Shown piece after piece: positions 28,508 through 37,693 of a DNA stretch of 64,000 nucleotides; positions within the stretch are counted from its first letter, which is position 1; each line of letters begins with the position of its first letter. The stretch comes from a bacterium (GTDB lineage Bacteria > UBA10199 > 2-02-FULL-50-16 > JAJFLM01): NCBI GenBank assembly GCA_965216315.1, contig CBDCFN010000016.1:928001-992000 (forward strand). The letters run 5' to 3'. The notes under the pieces were generated by a model. It was not told where the DNA came from. It saw nothing but the letters and a program-made list of their open reading frames with translations, and searched no databases. A program made the position numbers and the translations under genes.

Positions 28508-30738
28508 TTCGTCTTGTAATCAAACGCAAGCTTGTCTTTTTTGCAACGAATAATCACGTCACCTCCGTCACCGAGTTGTCCAAAGAGGATCTCGCTGGAG
28601 AGGGCATGTGAGATCTCGGTCTCGATAAGCCGACGGATGGGGCGCGCACCGAATTGAGGGTCGAAACCTTTTTTGGCAATATAGGCCCGCGCACTGGGAT
28701 CAAGTGTCAGCGTAATTCCTTTGGCTTTTAAGCGATCCTCAAGTTCCGCCACCATTTTCTCGACAATTTGCTCGATCACTTCCGTCGGGAGCGAGTCAAA
28801 CTGGACAATCCCGGTGAGTCGGTTGCGAAATTCAGGGGTAAAGGCCTTTTCAATGGCCTTCTTGCTCTTGTCTTCGTATTCGGCCTTGCCAAAGCCAACG
28901 GTTCTCGTGCTGCTTTCCCGCGCGCCAATGTTGGTCGTCATGATGAGTATGACCTGACGAAAATCCGATTTGCGACCGTTATTGTCAGTTAAAGTTGCGT
29001 AATCCATAATCTGTAGCAGGATATTAAAAAGATCTTCATGCGCTTTTTCAATTTCGTCTAAGAGGAGGACCGTATGAGGGTTGCGATGGATGGCGTCGGT
29101 TAAGAGTCCCCCTTGGTCAAAGCCGACATAACCGGGCGGTGCGCCAATGAGACGTGAGACCGTGTGCTTCTCCATATACTCACTCATGTCAAAACGCGTG
29201 AATTCGACTCCCATGACTTCTGCAAGCTGACGGGCGAGTTCGGTTTTTCCTACGCCGGTTGGTCCTGCAAAGAGAAAAGACCCAATGGGTTTTTGGGGTT
29301 CACCCAGGCCGGCACGCGCCAGACGAATGGATTTAGTGATTTGATCGATGGCGTCATCTTGTCCGTAAATAAGTAACTTGAGGTCACGGTCCAGGTGCTC
29401 CAATTTAGCTTTGTCATCAACTTTGACCGTTTGGGTTGGTACCTTCGCAATGCGCGAGACGACGTCTTCGATATCTTTAGGGCTGACGCGTGGGTTTTCT
29501 TTTTTGCTCTTCAGTTTGACGTTCGCTCCGGCTTCATCCATCACATCGATGGCCTTATCCGGGAGAAAACGGTCATTGATGTATTTAGCCGATAGTTCAA
29601 CGGCTGCTTTCAGGGTGGCAGGACTGTAACGGACTCCATGAAACTCTTCATAGTATTGCTTGATGCCCTTAAGAATTTTAATCGACTCGTCTATTGACGG
29701 TTCATCGATTTCGACTTTTTGAAAACGACGCGAGAGCCCATGATCTTTTTCGATGAGATTTCGATACTCTTTGTAAGTTGTGCTGCCGATGCAATTAATT
29801 TCACCATTGGCCAGGGCCGGCTTAAGCAGGTTCGATGCATCCAGGCTTCCCCCGGATACAGCGCCAGCACCAATTATCGTGTGAAGTTCATCGATAAATA
29901 GAATATTGTTTTCATCTTGCTTGATAGTTTGAATGACGGCCTTGAGACGCTCTTCAAATTCACCGCGAAACTTGGTGCCGGCCAGCAATGAGGCCATATC
30001 GAGAGAATAGATCTGGGCCTTTTGTAAGTGATCAGGGACTTTCTTATTAACGATATTGAGTGCGAGTCCTTCAACGAGGGCGGTCTTGCCGACCCCGGCA
30101 TCCCCGACAAAGATGGGATTGTTTTTGCGACGCCTTGCGAGGATATGAACGGTGCGATCCAGTTCTTGTTCTCGCCCAATAAGCGGATCAATTTTGCCAA
30201 GGCGCGCCTTCTCATTGAGGTTGATGCAGAATTGTTCCAAGGGGCTCTTGGGCTGCGGGGTCCCTTCACTCGATTCGGCTTCGGGAAGGGGAATAGAGGT
30301 CTGCGGGTGAACTTTGGAGATATGGTGTGAGATATAACGTATCAGGTCATAGCGGCGGATATTGTGTTTGGAGAGAAAATAAACCGCATTCGATTGGGCT
30401 TCACGAAAGAGAGCGACGAGTACGTTGCCGCCATCAAGTTCTTTTTTTCCTGAGGATTGCACCTGAGCTGCCGCCAATTGAAGTACAAGCTGCACGCCCA
30501 CGGAATAAGGAGTTTCTTCCTGTTGCTCTGGAAGCGCTTCTAAGTGATTTTCAAAAAAACCTTCAAGATCATGTCTTAGGTCATCGAGGCGCGCGCCGCA
30601 ATGATAGAGGATATCAGAGGCGACTTGGTCATGGGTCAGCGCATAAAGCAGATGCTCGAGGGTGACATACTCATGTTTTCTGTTGCGAGCTTCTTCCTGA
30701 GCGCGTTGTAATGTTTTTTCGAGGCCTTCGGTGATCAG
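28504..30738 (-). CDS. clpA: ATP-dependent Clp protease ATP-binding subunit ClpA (744 aa, inferred CTG start)
   Basis: Two AAA+ modules ([16 protein letters not shown]). Frame stays open 79 codons upstream of the track ORF and encodes the Clp-N domain ([13 protein letters not shown]) back to a CTG at 30738. Confidence 0.93.
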   Translation of the reverse strand: MITEGLEKTLQRAQEEARNRKHEYVTLEHLLYALTHDQVASDILYHCGARLDDLRHDLEGFFENHLEALPEQQEETPYSVGVQLVLQLAAAQVQSSGKKELDGGNVLVALFREAQSNAVYFLSKHNIRRYDLIRYISHHISKVHPQTSIPLPEAESSEGTPQPKSPLEQFCINLNEKARLGKIDPLIGREQELDRTVHILARRRKNNPIFVGDAGVGKTALVEGLALNIVNKKVPDHLQKAQIYSLDMASLLAGTKFRGEFEERLKAVIQTIKQDENNILFIDELHTIIGAGAVSGGSLDASNLLKPALANGEINCIGSTTYKEYRNLIEKDHGLSRRFQKVEIDEPSIDESIKILKGIKQYYEEFHGVRYSPATLKAAVELSAKYINDRFLPDKAIDVMDEAGANVKLKSKKENPRVSPKDIEDVVSRIAKVPTQTVKVDDKAKLEHLDRDLKLLIYGQDDAIDQITKSIRLARAGLGEPQKPIGSFLFAGPTGVGKTELARQLAEVMGVEFTRFDMSEYMEKHTVSRLIGAPPGYVGFDQGGLLTDAIHRNPHTVLLLDEIEKAHEDLFNILLQIMDYATLTDNNGRKSDFRQVILIMTTNIGARESSTRTVGFGKAEYEDKSKKAIEKAFTPEFRNRLTGIVQFDSLPTEVIEQIVEKMVAELEDRLKAKGITLTLDPSARAYIAKKGFDPQFGARPIRRLIETEISHALSSEILFGQLGDGGDVIIRCKKDKLAFDYKTK

Positions 30739-31109
30739 TTTTTATCTCCTTTGTCTTCTTCCATGATGCATTCCAACGGGTGCTCATGTTTTTTGGCGAG
30801 ACCTTTGACGTGAAAAATTTTAGTACGCGCGACATCATAGGGATAAATACCACATATCGCGCTTCCTTGTTTGTGAACTTGAAGCATGAGGGCGACGCTT
30901 TCTTCTTTTGATTTATGAAAGACGCTCTCTAAAAGCCAGACGACAAAATCCATGGGGGTATAATCATCGTTTAAGAGAATAATGCGATACATCGGCGGCG
31001 GGCGGACATCGACGCGCTCCTCCGTCAGTATCTGGGCATCACCCTCGGAACGGTCGTCTCCAGGGTTCCAATCGTCACCCGCCATGGCGGTAATCTTCAT
31101 GAAATCCAT
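30735..31109 (-). CDS. clpS: Clp protease adaptor ClpS
   Basis: PPMYRIILLNDDYTPMDFVV, MLQVHKQG, HPLEC; start may be 31085. Confidence 0.95.
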   Translation of the reverse strand: MDFMKITAMAGDDWNPGDDRSEGDAQILTEERVDVRPPPMYRIILLNDDYTPMDFVVWLLESVFHKSKEESVALMLQVHKQGSAICGIYPYDVARTKIFHVKGLAKKHEHPLECIMEEDKGDKN

Positions 31110-31179
31110 AAAATTATTCGCAACTTCCTTCTCTAACTACCTAAAATAATTCATAATACACAATTTTTCACGTCAAAAA

Positions 31180-31854
31180 TCATTCACGGAGTGTTTCCCG
31201 TAATTTATGCATGAAATCAGCTCGATCAAGCTCTTTGGCCCCCAAACTGGCGAGCAGCGGCGTGAGTAGCTGGACGTCCATCCACGTGCTGCCTTGAGTT
31301 TTCAACTGTTCGACGGTCTTAATAAAGGCATATTTAGAGGCATGGCTTACGGTATGAAACATGCTTTCTCCGCAGAACATTTTGCCCATTTTGACGCCAT
31401 AAAGACCACCGACAAGGTGATCGGATGAGTCTAGGACTTCGAAGCTGTGTGCAAAGCCTGCCTTATGAAAGGCGAGGTAGGCCGTGATAATTTCTTCCGT
31501 AATCCAGGTGCCCGGCTGGCCTTTTCTGGGTGTCATTGCGCATGCTTGGATGACTTCCAGAAAACGTGTGTTGGTTCGAAATTGGAAATGAGTCTTTTTA
31601 AAGTAACGGAGCAGCCGTTTCGTAACCTTTAAGTCATCGAATTCCAGTATGGCTCGCTTGGGTGGGGCAAACCAGAGCAAGGGGTAGCCTTGGTGGGGCC
31701 ATGGGAAAATGCCGTTGCGGTAAGCGAGTTCAAGTGTCGGGACCTCGAGGTCGCCGCCAATGGCGACGATTCCGTTCGAGTCTGCGGTTTCGACGGGAGG
31801 AAAGGCACTTACGACCATGACCCTATTAAGCCTGACAGAGGGCATTCCGGTCAA
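31180..31854 (-). CDS. aat: Leucyl/phenylalanyl-tRNA--protein transferase
   Basis: GGDL, AYRNGIFPW, TWIT, GGLYG, FCGESMF; exact start uncertain. Confidence 0.93.
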   Translation of the reverse strand: MTGMPSVRLNRVMVVSAFPPVETADSNGIVAIGGDLEVPTLELAYRNGIFPWPHQGYPLLWFAPPKRAILEFDDLKVTKRLLRYFKKTHFQFRTNTRFLEVIQACAMTPRKGQPGTWITEEIITAYLAFHKAGFAHSFEVLDSSDHLVGGLYGVKMGKMFCGESMFHTVSHASKYAFIKTVEQLKTQGSTWMDVQLLTPLLASLGAKELDRADFMHKLRETLRE

Positions 31855-31904
31855 TCATCGGGTTGCTCTTGACTCTTAGAGCGTTTCGCGTCACCCTTTC
31901 GGCT

Positions 31905-32381
31905 ATGCGTAGCAATAGGAAACTTATACCGTTAGCCATCTGTGTCATGACTTCGTTTGTTTTCTTTTCGTCGACAAGTGGGTTGGCTGAATATGAAGAG
32001 AAGAAAGGTAAGCCGCGGGTTAAGTGCCGGATGAAATTCGATCTGAGTTCTTGGTCGGTTTTTTATAAGTCTGGTAAGGGGCAGGGCCGCATCACCTGCA
32101 GTAATGGACAAAGTTCCAATGTTAAAATACGCACCCATGGTGGCGGAGTGACCTTCGGTAAGATGAAAATTGAAGATGGTAATGCAACCTTCACGAAGGT
32201 GTACGATATCTCAGATCTCTATGGTAGTTATGCCAGATCTGAAGCTCATGCGGGTGCGGCCAAGCATGCGGAAGCCGTTGCGATGACCAAGGGAAATATC
32301 TCGATGTCCCTTTCTGGAACAGGTCATGGATTTAATCTGGGTATTGCCTTCGGTAGCTTTAAGATCAAGCCTGTTCGTTAA
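31905..32381 (+). CDS. Secreted hypothetical protein (Gly-rich beta protein)
   Basis: Signal peptide, two Cys, GxGxI..GGGVTFG pattern. Confidence 0.65.
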   Translation: MRSNRKLIPLAICVMTSFVFFSSTSGLAEYEEKKGKPRVKCRMKFDLSSWSVFYKSGKGQGRITCSNGQSSNVKIRTHGGGVTFGKMKIEDGNATFTKVYDISDLYGSYARSEAHAGAAKHAEAVAMTKGNISMSLSGTGHGFNLGIAFGSFKIKPVR

Positions 32382-32399
32382 TATTTCAGCAATATTTTC

Positions 32400-33602
32400 T
32401 TAATTCTTATTGGTATGTAATCCCTGATAAAGCTGTTGGGCGAGCCGGAATTTATAGTCATGGGGGACTGGGGAATTGACCATGATAGCAAAACGAATGA
32501 GGCGCCCGTCTTGATGTTTGAAGTAGCCTGCGTAGGTATTCACTCCTGTCAGCGTCCCTGTTTTGGCCTGAAAGCGGTTTTTTTCCACCGGGAGTAAATG
32601 GCGATAAGGTTCAAATTTTTTGAGCAGAGTCATCAGTTGCCGGGGCGAGACCCGGTTTTTTCGAGAGAGTCCCGCACCTTCCATCGCCGTAAAATCGGAC
32701 CAACCAATATGTTCCCGAAGGCAGCTAGCGAGCACACGTTGACTTTTTTCATTGCTTGCGGGTGCCCCATGTTGCTTGGCCCCTAAGACGAGGAATAATT
32801 GGTTGGCCATGAAATTGGTTGAATACTTTAGAAGCCCCTTTATCACGTCGGCAAGTGATTTGGAGGAGCGATGGCGATAAATGAGCTTGGCATGAGGGGG
32901 GCTAGCGCCGATTTTGATTGGAAGCTGATTGCTAATGCTGGCACCGTGTTTGTTCAGAAAAGCGACAAGAAGTTCGCCAAAGTAGCGCGTATTTTTTTGC
33001 GAATCTTTGCCCAGATTGACTCGATGTTTTCCATTTCGATAAGAGCTGCTGATCTCGTGGGCAATGGGAGTTAACGGCGTCTGTGGCTCAGCGCTTTCGA
33101 TTTTGTTGCCTGTCTTGCGAAAGTAAACGGTATTAAAGTTGGCGACCAAGGCCCCGTTGATGGCGTCGTAAGGGTTTGAAGAGCGAGATTGCCCGTCAAC
33201 CGTGAAACTTTCAAAAAAAGACGTATCGAGGATGAGGCCGGAGATTGTTTTGAGTCCTTTTTTGATTAAGGCTTGTGCAATTAAGTCGAATTCTTCCGAA
33301 ACAAGAAAGGGGTCACCATAACCGCGGACGACAAGTTCATTGTTTGAAGTGAGGGAGAAGTCCGTTGGAAAGTGATAATCAATGCCGAGCTCTTTGATGG
33401 CGCAAGCGGCTGTGGCCACTTTCATCGTTGAGGCGGGGATAAAATGCTCATTGCTACGGTGATCGATGAGAACCTCACCCTTATCGGATTCGACGTAGGC
33501 CCCTCCATTTTTGAGCGCCCCGATAAAGTTTTGTTTCCATGCAGCCGCGGCCAGGTTAGGCAGGGCGCTCGCAATGAAAATGAGGAGGCAAAGGAAACGC
33601 AT
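32400..33602 (-). CDS. dacB: D-Ala-D-Ala carboxypeptidase/endopeptidase (PBP4, peptidase S13)
   Basis: PASTMK (SxxK), GYGDP, STN (SxN), GAGLSR, AKTGTL. Confidence 0.88.
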   Translation of the reverse strand: MRFLCLLIFIASALPNLAAAAWKQNFIGALKNGGAYVESDKGEVLIDHRSNEHFIPASTMKVATAACAIKELGIDYHFPTDFSLTSNNELVVRGYGDPFLVSEEFDLIAQALIKKGLKTISGLILDTSFFESFTVDGQSRSSNPYDAINGALVANFNTVYFRKTGNKIESAEPQTPLTPIAHEISSSYRNGKHRVNLGKDSQKNTRYFGELLVAFLNKHGASISNQLPIKIGASPPHAKLIYRHRSSKSLADVIKGLLKYSTNFMANQLFLVLGAKQHGAPASNEKSQRVLASCLREHIGWSDFTAMEGAGLSRKNRVSPRQLMTLLKKFEPYRHLLPVEKNRFQAKTGTLTGVNTYAGYFKHQDGRLIRFAIMVNSPVPHDYKFRLAQQLYQGLHTNKN

Positions 33603-34426
33603 TAGGCATCAATATAAAAGTCGGGTAAGAGTTCATTGCCTGGCGCGTAGGCATAAGGGTCAAAGTCGGTAATGCCGTGCTCTTTAAGGACGGTTTCGTC
33701 AATGAGCGCCTGACCGGTTATTTTACGGTCAGTTGTTGTCAGGATGAAGTAAGCGGCATCCGCCATGATTTTGGGCTTACGACTTTGCGTCATACCCTCT
33801 TCGCCCATAATATTTTCGATGGCCGCCGTTGCGATGGTTGTGCGTGGCCAGAGAGAGTTGACGGCTATGCCATAAGGTTCAAATTCGGCCGACATGCCCA
33901 GGGTGCAGATCGTCATCCCATATTTTGATATTGTATAGGCGACGTTGTTTTGGAGCCATTTATCCTTTAATGAAATTGGTGGTGAAAGATTGAGTATGTG
34001 CGGGTTGTCCGCTTTCTTTAGAAAGGGGAGTGCTGCTTGGCTACACGCAAAAACAGCTCGGGTATTAATCGATTGCATCAGATCATAACGTTTCATCGGC
34101 GTGTTTTCCGTATTCGTCAGGCTGATGGCGCCCGCATTGTTGATGAGTATGTCGATTCCCCCAAATTTCTCCGCACTTTGCTGAATAACAGCTTCAATAT
34201 TTTGATCATCACGTACGTCTAATTGAAGGGGGAGGGCCTGCCCGCCGCGATCCTCGATTTCCTGTGCGACGGTATGGATAGTGCCTGGCAACTTGGGGTG
34301 CGGCTCGGATGTCTTGGAGGCAACGACAATGTTGGCGCCGTCTTCAGCGCATTTTAGTGCAATGGCACGACCAATGCCACGGCTTGCGCCTGTAATAATA
34401 ATGGTTTTGTTTTTTAACGAGGCCAT
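33602..34426 (-). CDS. Short-chain dehydrogenase (HSDL2-like)
   Basis: TGASRGIG, HPKLPGTI, NNAG, YTISK, NSLWP. Confidence 0.9.
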   Translation of the reverse strand: MASLKNKTIIITGASRGIGRAIALKCAEDGANIVVASKTSEPHPKLPGTIHTVAQEIEDRGGQALPLQLDVRDDQNIEAVIQQSAEKFGGIDILINNAGAISLTNTENTPMKRYDLMQSINTRAVFACSQAALPFLKKADNPHILNLSPPISLKDKWLQNNVAYTISKYGMTICTLGMSAEFEPYGIAVNSLWPRTTIATAAIENIMGEEGMTQSRKPKIMADAAYFILTTTDRKITGQALIDETVLKEHGITDFDPYAYAPGNELLPDFYIDA

Positions 34427-34481
34427 AGTGTGAGTCCCTCATTTTTATGCGACAGATCGAACAAGATGACAATGGAATAAT

Positions 34482-34895
34482 TCAACCATCTATAGCGGGA
34501 GGTTTTCGCAATGATTTTTTTTCGCTCTGTTGTCTCTTCTCTTTAAGTAGTTTTTCTTTGGCGCGTTTGCTGCGTTTTCTTTTCTGGCGCCGAATTTTTT
34601 CAATGCGCTTCTGTTCGGCACTTTCATGTTCTTCTAAGCCTGCGGCAATTTTTTCCGCGAGGCGACGTCGGGCGTAAAAGCGATTGAGTGCCTGGCTGCG
34701 GCTTTCTTGGCAGCGAACTTCCACTCCGCTGGGTTTGTGGAGGAGTCGTACGGCCACAGAGGTTTTGTTGACCTTTTGGCCCCCTGCGCCTGAAGCGCGA
34801 ATAAAATCTTCCTCGAGGTCCTCTTCCTCGATTCCGAGCTCTTGCATTCGGGCGGCCAGTGCCGCTTGCTTCTGTTTCGTAACAGGACCCTGCAT
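34482..34895 (-). CDS. GGQ peptidyl-tRNA hydrolase / ribosome rescue factor (ArfB/C12orf65-like)
   Basis: SGAGGQKVNKT, RSQALNR, highly basic C-terminal tail. Confidence 0.88.
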   Translation of the reverse strand: MQGPVTKQKQAALAARMQELGIEEEDLEEDFIRASGAGGQKVNKTSVAVRLLHKPSGVEVRCQESRSQALNRFYARRRLAEKIAAGLEEHESAEQKRIEKIRRQKRKRSKRAKEKLLKEKRQQSEKKSLRKPPAIDG

Positions 34896-35049
34896 GGGCG
34901 CCAGCCTACCTTAAAGGGGATTCTCTTGCCAATAGGCCCGTCGCATGATAGCAGATCGCCTCTCCCCCTTGACAATCCCGTATCAAGGCTGGAATTATTG
35001 AATAAATCGGCGCATCTGTGTAAACTGCGCAATTTCAAAGGAGATTTGT

Positions 35050-35271
35050 TTGGCTCGAGACGATTTAATAAAGCTTGAAGGTGAGATCACGGACGTGACG
35101 GGCGGAGGTATGTATGCCGTCACCCTGGAGAACGGAGCCACGGTGAGCACCAAGCTCTGTGGTAAGATGAAGCGCTTTAAGATCCGCGTGGTTGTTGGTG
35201 ATAAGGTGACCGTTGGAGTCTCGCCCTATGACCTCACCCATGGCTTCATCATGTATCGCCATAAGAATTGA
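35050..35271 (+). CDS. infA: Translation initiation factor IF-1
   Basis: GKMKRFKIRVVVGDKVTVGVSPYDLTHG; TTG start with AGGAG RBS. Confidence 0.95.
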   Translation: MARDDLIKLEGEITDVTGGGMYAVTLENGATVSTKLCGKMKRFKIRVVVGDKVTVGVSPYDLTHGFIMYRHKN

Positions 35272-35335
35272 TCCTTATATCCCCTGACAATTCATTGACT
35301 TAGCCGCCATTCCACATTAAAACCGATTGAATTTC

Positions 35336-35419
35336 GCCGCCCTGGTGGAATTGGTAGACACGCCAGACTCAAAATCTGGTGGGGGCGACCCCGTCCCGGT
35401 TCGAGTCCGGGGGGCGGCA
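35336..35419 (+). tRNA. tRNA-Leu(CAA)
   Basis: Acceptor GCCGCCC/GGGCGGC, anticodon arm CCAGA-CTCAAAA-TCTGG, long variable arm, GTTCGAG T-loop; no encoded CCA. Confidence 0.95.
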
Positions 35420-35420
35420 C

Positions 35421-35493
35421 GCCGACGTAGCTCAGGTGGTAGAGCAGCACATTCGTAATGTGCGGGTCAGCGGTTCGAGTCCGCTCGTCGGCT
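35421..35493 (+). tRNA. tRNA-Thr(CGT)
   Basis: Acceptor GCCGACG/CGTCGGC, anticodon arm GCACA-TTCGTAA-TGTGC, GTTCGAG T-loop; no encoded CCA. Confidence 0.95.
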
Positions 35494-35563
35494 CATTTCG
35501 TATAGTAAGGGGGAAGAAAAACTCTCTCCCCCCTTACAACCCCCCCATCGTGAGGGAATCCTA

Positions 35564-36184
35564 ATGGAACTGTTTTTTGATCAGTATAGTGGAGTAGCGC
35601 TTTATATTGTCATGCTCGTGGCCTTATTGGCGACGGGATTCGGGCTGCCCCTCTCAGAAGACTTCCTCCTCATGGTTATCGGCTACATGATCCAGTCAGG
35701 ACGTATGGAGGTTATTCCTGGGCTTTTCACGGCTTATATCGGGAGCGTCGGCAGTGATCTCATCATGTTTAATATCGGTTATCATTATGGGGCCGCCGTT
35801 CGAAAGCACCGCTTCATCCTCCGGGTTATGTCGCATGGGCGTCAGGAGAAAATACTCCAGAAATTTCGTAAATACGGGGACAAATTTATTATGTTTGCCC
35901 GTTTTATTTCAGGTGTTCGTGCGCCGACGTTCTTGACAGCGGGGATTAGTCACATGAAACCGCTGCGTTTTTTTGCGCTCGATGGCTTTGCGGCACTTTT
36001 TAGTATGCCGTTATTTGTCGGTCTCGGTTATGCCTTTGGCGACCATCTGGAGAGCATAAAGGCGGATTTTGATGAGATTCGGAAAATTATTACCGTTTTG
36101 GTTATTGGTGCTGTCGGTGTCTTTATTGTGATGAGCTATCTTAAGTTGTTTAAAGACAAGCCGGAATCTCCCAATGATCTATAA
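35564..36184 (+). CDS. DedA family membrane protein
   Basis: GLPLSED, GSD...IGY.YG, ARFISGVR. Confidence 0.9.
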   Translation: MELFFDQYSGVALYIVMLVALLATGFGLPLSEDFLLMVIGYMIQSGRMEVIPGLFTAYIGSVGSDLIMFNIGYHYGAAVRKHRFILRVMSHGRQEKILQKFRKYGDKFIMFARFISGVRAPTFLTAGISHMKPLRFFALDGFAALFSMPLFVGLGYAFGDHLESIKADFDEIRKIITVLVIGAVGVFIVMSYLKLFKDKPESPNDL

Positions 36185-36220
36185 AAAAACCCCATTCGCG
36201 CGAGGCGAATGGGGTTTTTT
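36183..36220. terminator. Bidirectional intrinsic terminator
   Basis: AAAAAAACCCCATTCGC-GCGAG-GCGAATGGGGTTTTTT between convergent genes. Confidence 0.9.
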
Positions 36221-36241
36221 GTAGAATCCTTGAAACGATCC

Positions 36242-37363
36242 TTAGAACTTGTACAGGACTTCCAAAGAAACGGTGTCTTGGAACTTCTTAAGCGTTCCGT
36301 TGGACTTTGCAAAGAAAGCCCGATCGCTGTGATCATGACGGAATTCAAGACGTCCTTCGAAGCCATCGTTCATGTAAAAGTGGCCCGTAAGAGTTCCTTC
36401 GAAGAGGTTGTGATTGGCACCACCTCCGAAACGGAATCCTGCGTTATCGTCGAACATCTCACCGCGGAAAGTAAGCCCAAACCATTCATTAAAGTCATAA
36501 TGAAGTAGTAAGGCGGCTCCCCACCAATCGGCAAACTTGCTTCCGAAATCCTGCTGATTCGCCCAGTCAAAGTTGATCTGGAGCAGGAAGTCTTCGATTG
36601 GACGCCAGTTTAAGACGAAATCAACCAGCGCTGTCCAGTCGCTGTCGTTTGCAGCCACACCAACAGCCGCATCGGCATCCGGGCCCATCGTTCCCTGAAA
36701 CGAGAAGTCAATGGTTTCAGCCGGAGTAAATGCTAACTGCCAGAGGACCGTCTTCGCCTTGTTGAGATCGGTGATCGTGTCCCAGCCGTTGACGATACCC
36801 AGCGATGCTGAGAACCAGTCATTAAACGGATAGGTCATGTAGAATCCCGTGTGTGTAAACGGAATTGCAAAACCGAAGAGAAAAGAGCGTGACGTGTTGT
36901 AGTTGTACGCACTCTCAATCACTTCAGCCCCGATCAAGGTGGCAAAGTGACCTAAGGTAAAGGTCAGACCATTGCCAACCGGCGCCGTCAAAGCCACATA
37001 GGCTTGTTGGATGCCAAATTCATCAGCCCCAATGACACCACCTTTTAAACCATCGACGACGGCGACATCTTCACCGAATGCGAGGTCTAAACGAAAGGTG
37101 GCCCACTCAGCCGGCGAATTCTCGATTTCAAGTTCGGCACGGTTGAAGTCGAAATCATTGTGGCGAACATCAAAGACGCGCCCCGTGTTTCCGACCCCAA
37201 GTGGTGGGTTGTTGAAGTTGTAGTTATACGTAGTATTAAAGTTGCCCGTCAGACGTGTCTTTTCCCACCATGAGATCGAATCGCCATCATCTGCCTGAGC
37301 AGTTGAGACGACCCCCATGGAAAGAAGACTGAGCCCGACAAGACCCAAGATGAGTTTTCTCAT
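36242..37363 (-). CDS. Outer-membrane beta-barrel porin (BBP2/DUF1597-like)
   Basis: Signal peptide, YNYNFN, GHFATLIGAEVI, NYNTSRS, PFTHTG, NGWD, EFRHD, terminal Phe. Confidence 0.85.
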   Translation of the reverse strand: MRKLILGLVGLSLLSMGVVSTAQADDGDSISWWEKTRLTGNFNTTYNYNFNNPPLGVGNTGRVFDVRHNDFDFNRAELEIENSPAEWATFRLDLAFGEDVAVVDGLKGGVIGADEFGIQQAYVALTAPVGNGLTFTLGHFATLIGAEVIESAYNYNTSRSFLFGFAIPFTHTGFYMTYPFNDWFSASLGIVNGWDTITDLNKAKTVLWQLAFTPAETIDFSFQGTMGPDADAAVGVAANDSDWTALVDFVLNWRPIEDFLLQINFDWANQQDFGSKFADWWGAALLLHYDFNEWFGLTFRGEMFDDNAGFRFGGGANHNLFEGTLTGHFYMNDGFEGRLEFRHDHSDRAFFAKSNGTLKKFQDTVSLEVLYKF

Positions 37364-37540
37364 TCCATTCTCCTTCTAGAAGGTGGCACGTAGGTGCCTG
37401 ATTCATGTCCGTGCCCACGCGAAGGCTGTAGGCACGATGACTAGATGGCCGCCCCTTAGGGCGAGCACCCAAATTCAAAAAAAACTAATTGGAAAAGCTG
37501 AAATTCCCCCTTTGTCAGCGCGACTGACGCGACGTGTTAG

Positions 37541-37557
37541 TGCAAGGGTTGTACCAA
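37541..37557 (-). promoter_or_regulatory. Sigma54 promoter for the porin gene
   Basis: Minus strand TTGGTAC-AACCC-TTGCA gives -24 GG / -12 GC with correct 10-nt spacing; AT-rich tract upstream. Confidence 0.75.
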
Positions 37558-37693
37558 GTCAAGAAATTAGCTAAATTATTAATATTACTCTTTATTTTAT
37601 AGATACTTAAGGCGTGTCTCAGGCAGACAGAATGAGTATTTTAGCGCGTCAATGCCATGCGCTAATTGTCAGTGGTTTACAAAATTGTCGACA

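Noticed and set aside
28504..30738. clpA as an N-terminally truncated or frameshifted pseudogene (track ORF is only 665 aa)
   Set aside because: Manual translation shows an uninterrupted frame encoding the full N-domain back to CTG 30738.
35336..37363. Integrative element at the tRNA pair
   Set aside because: No integrase, no duplicated tRNA 3' end seen, and flanking genes are ordinary.
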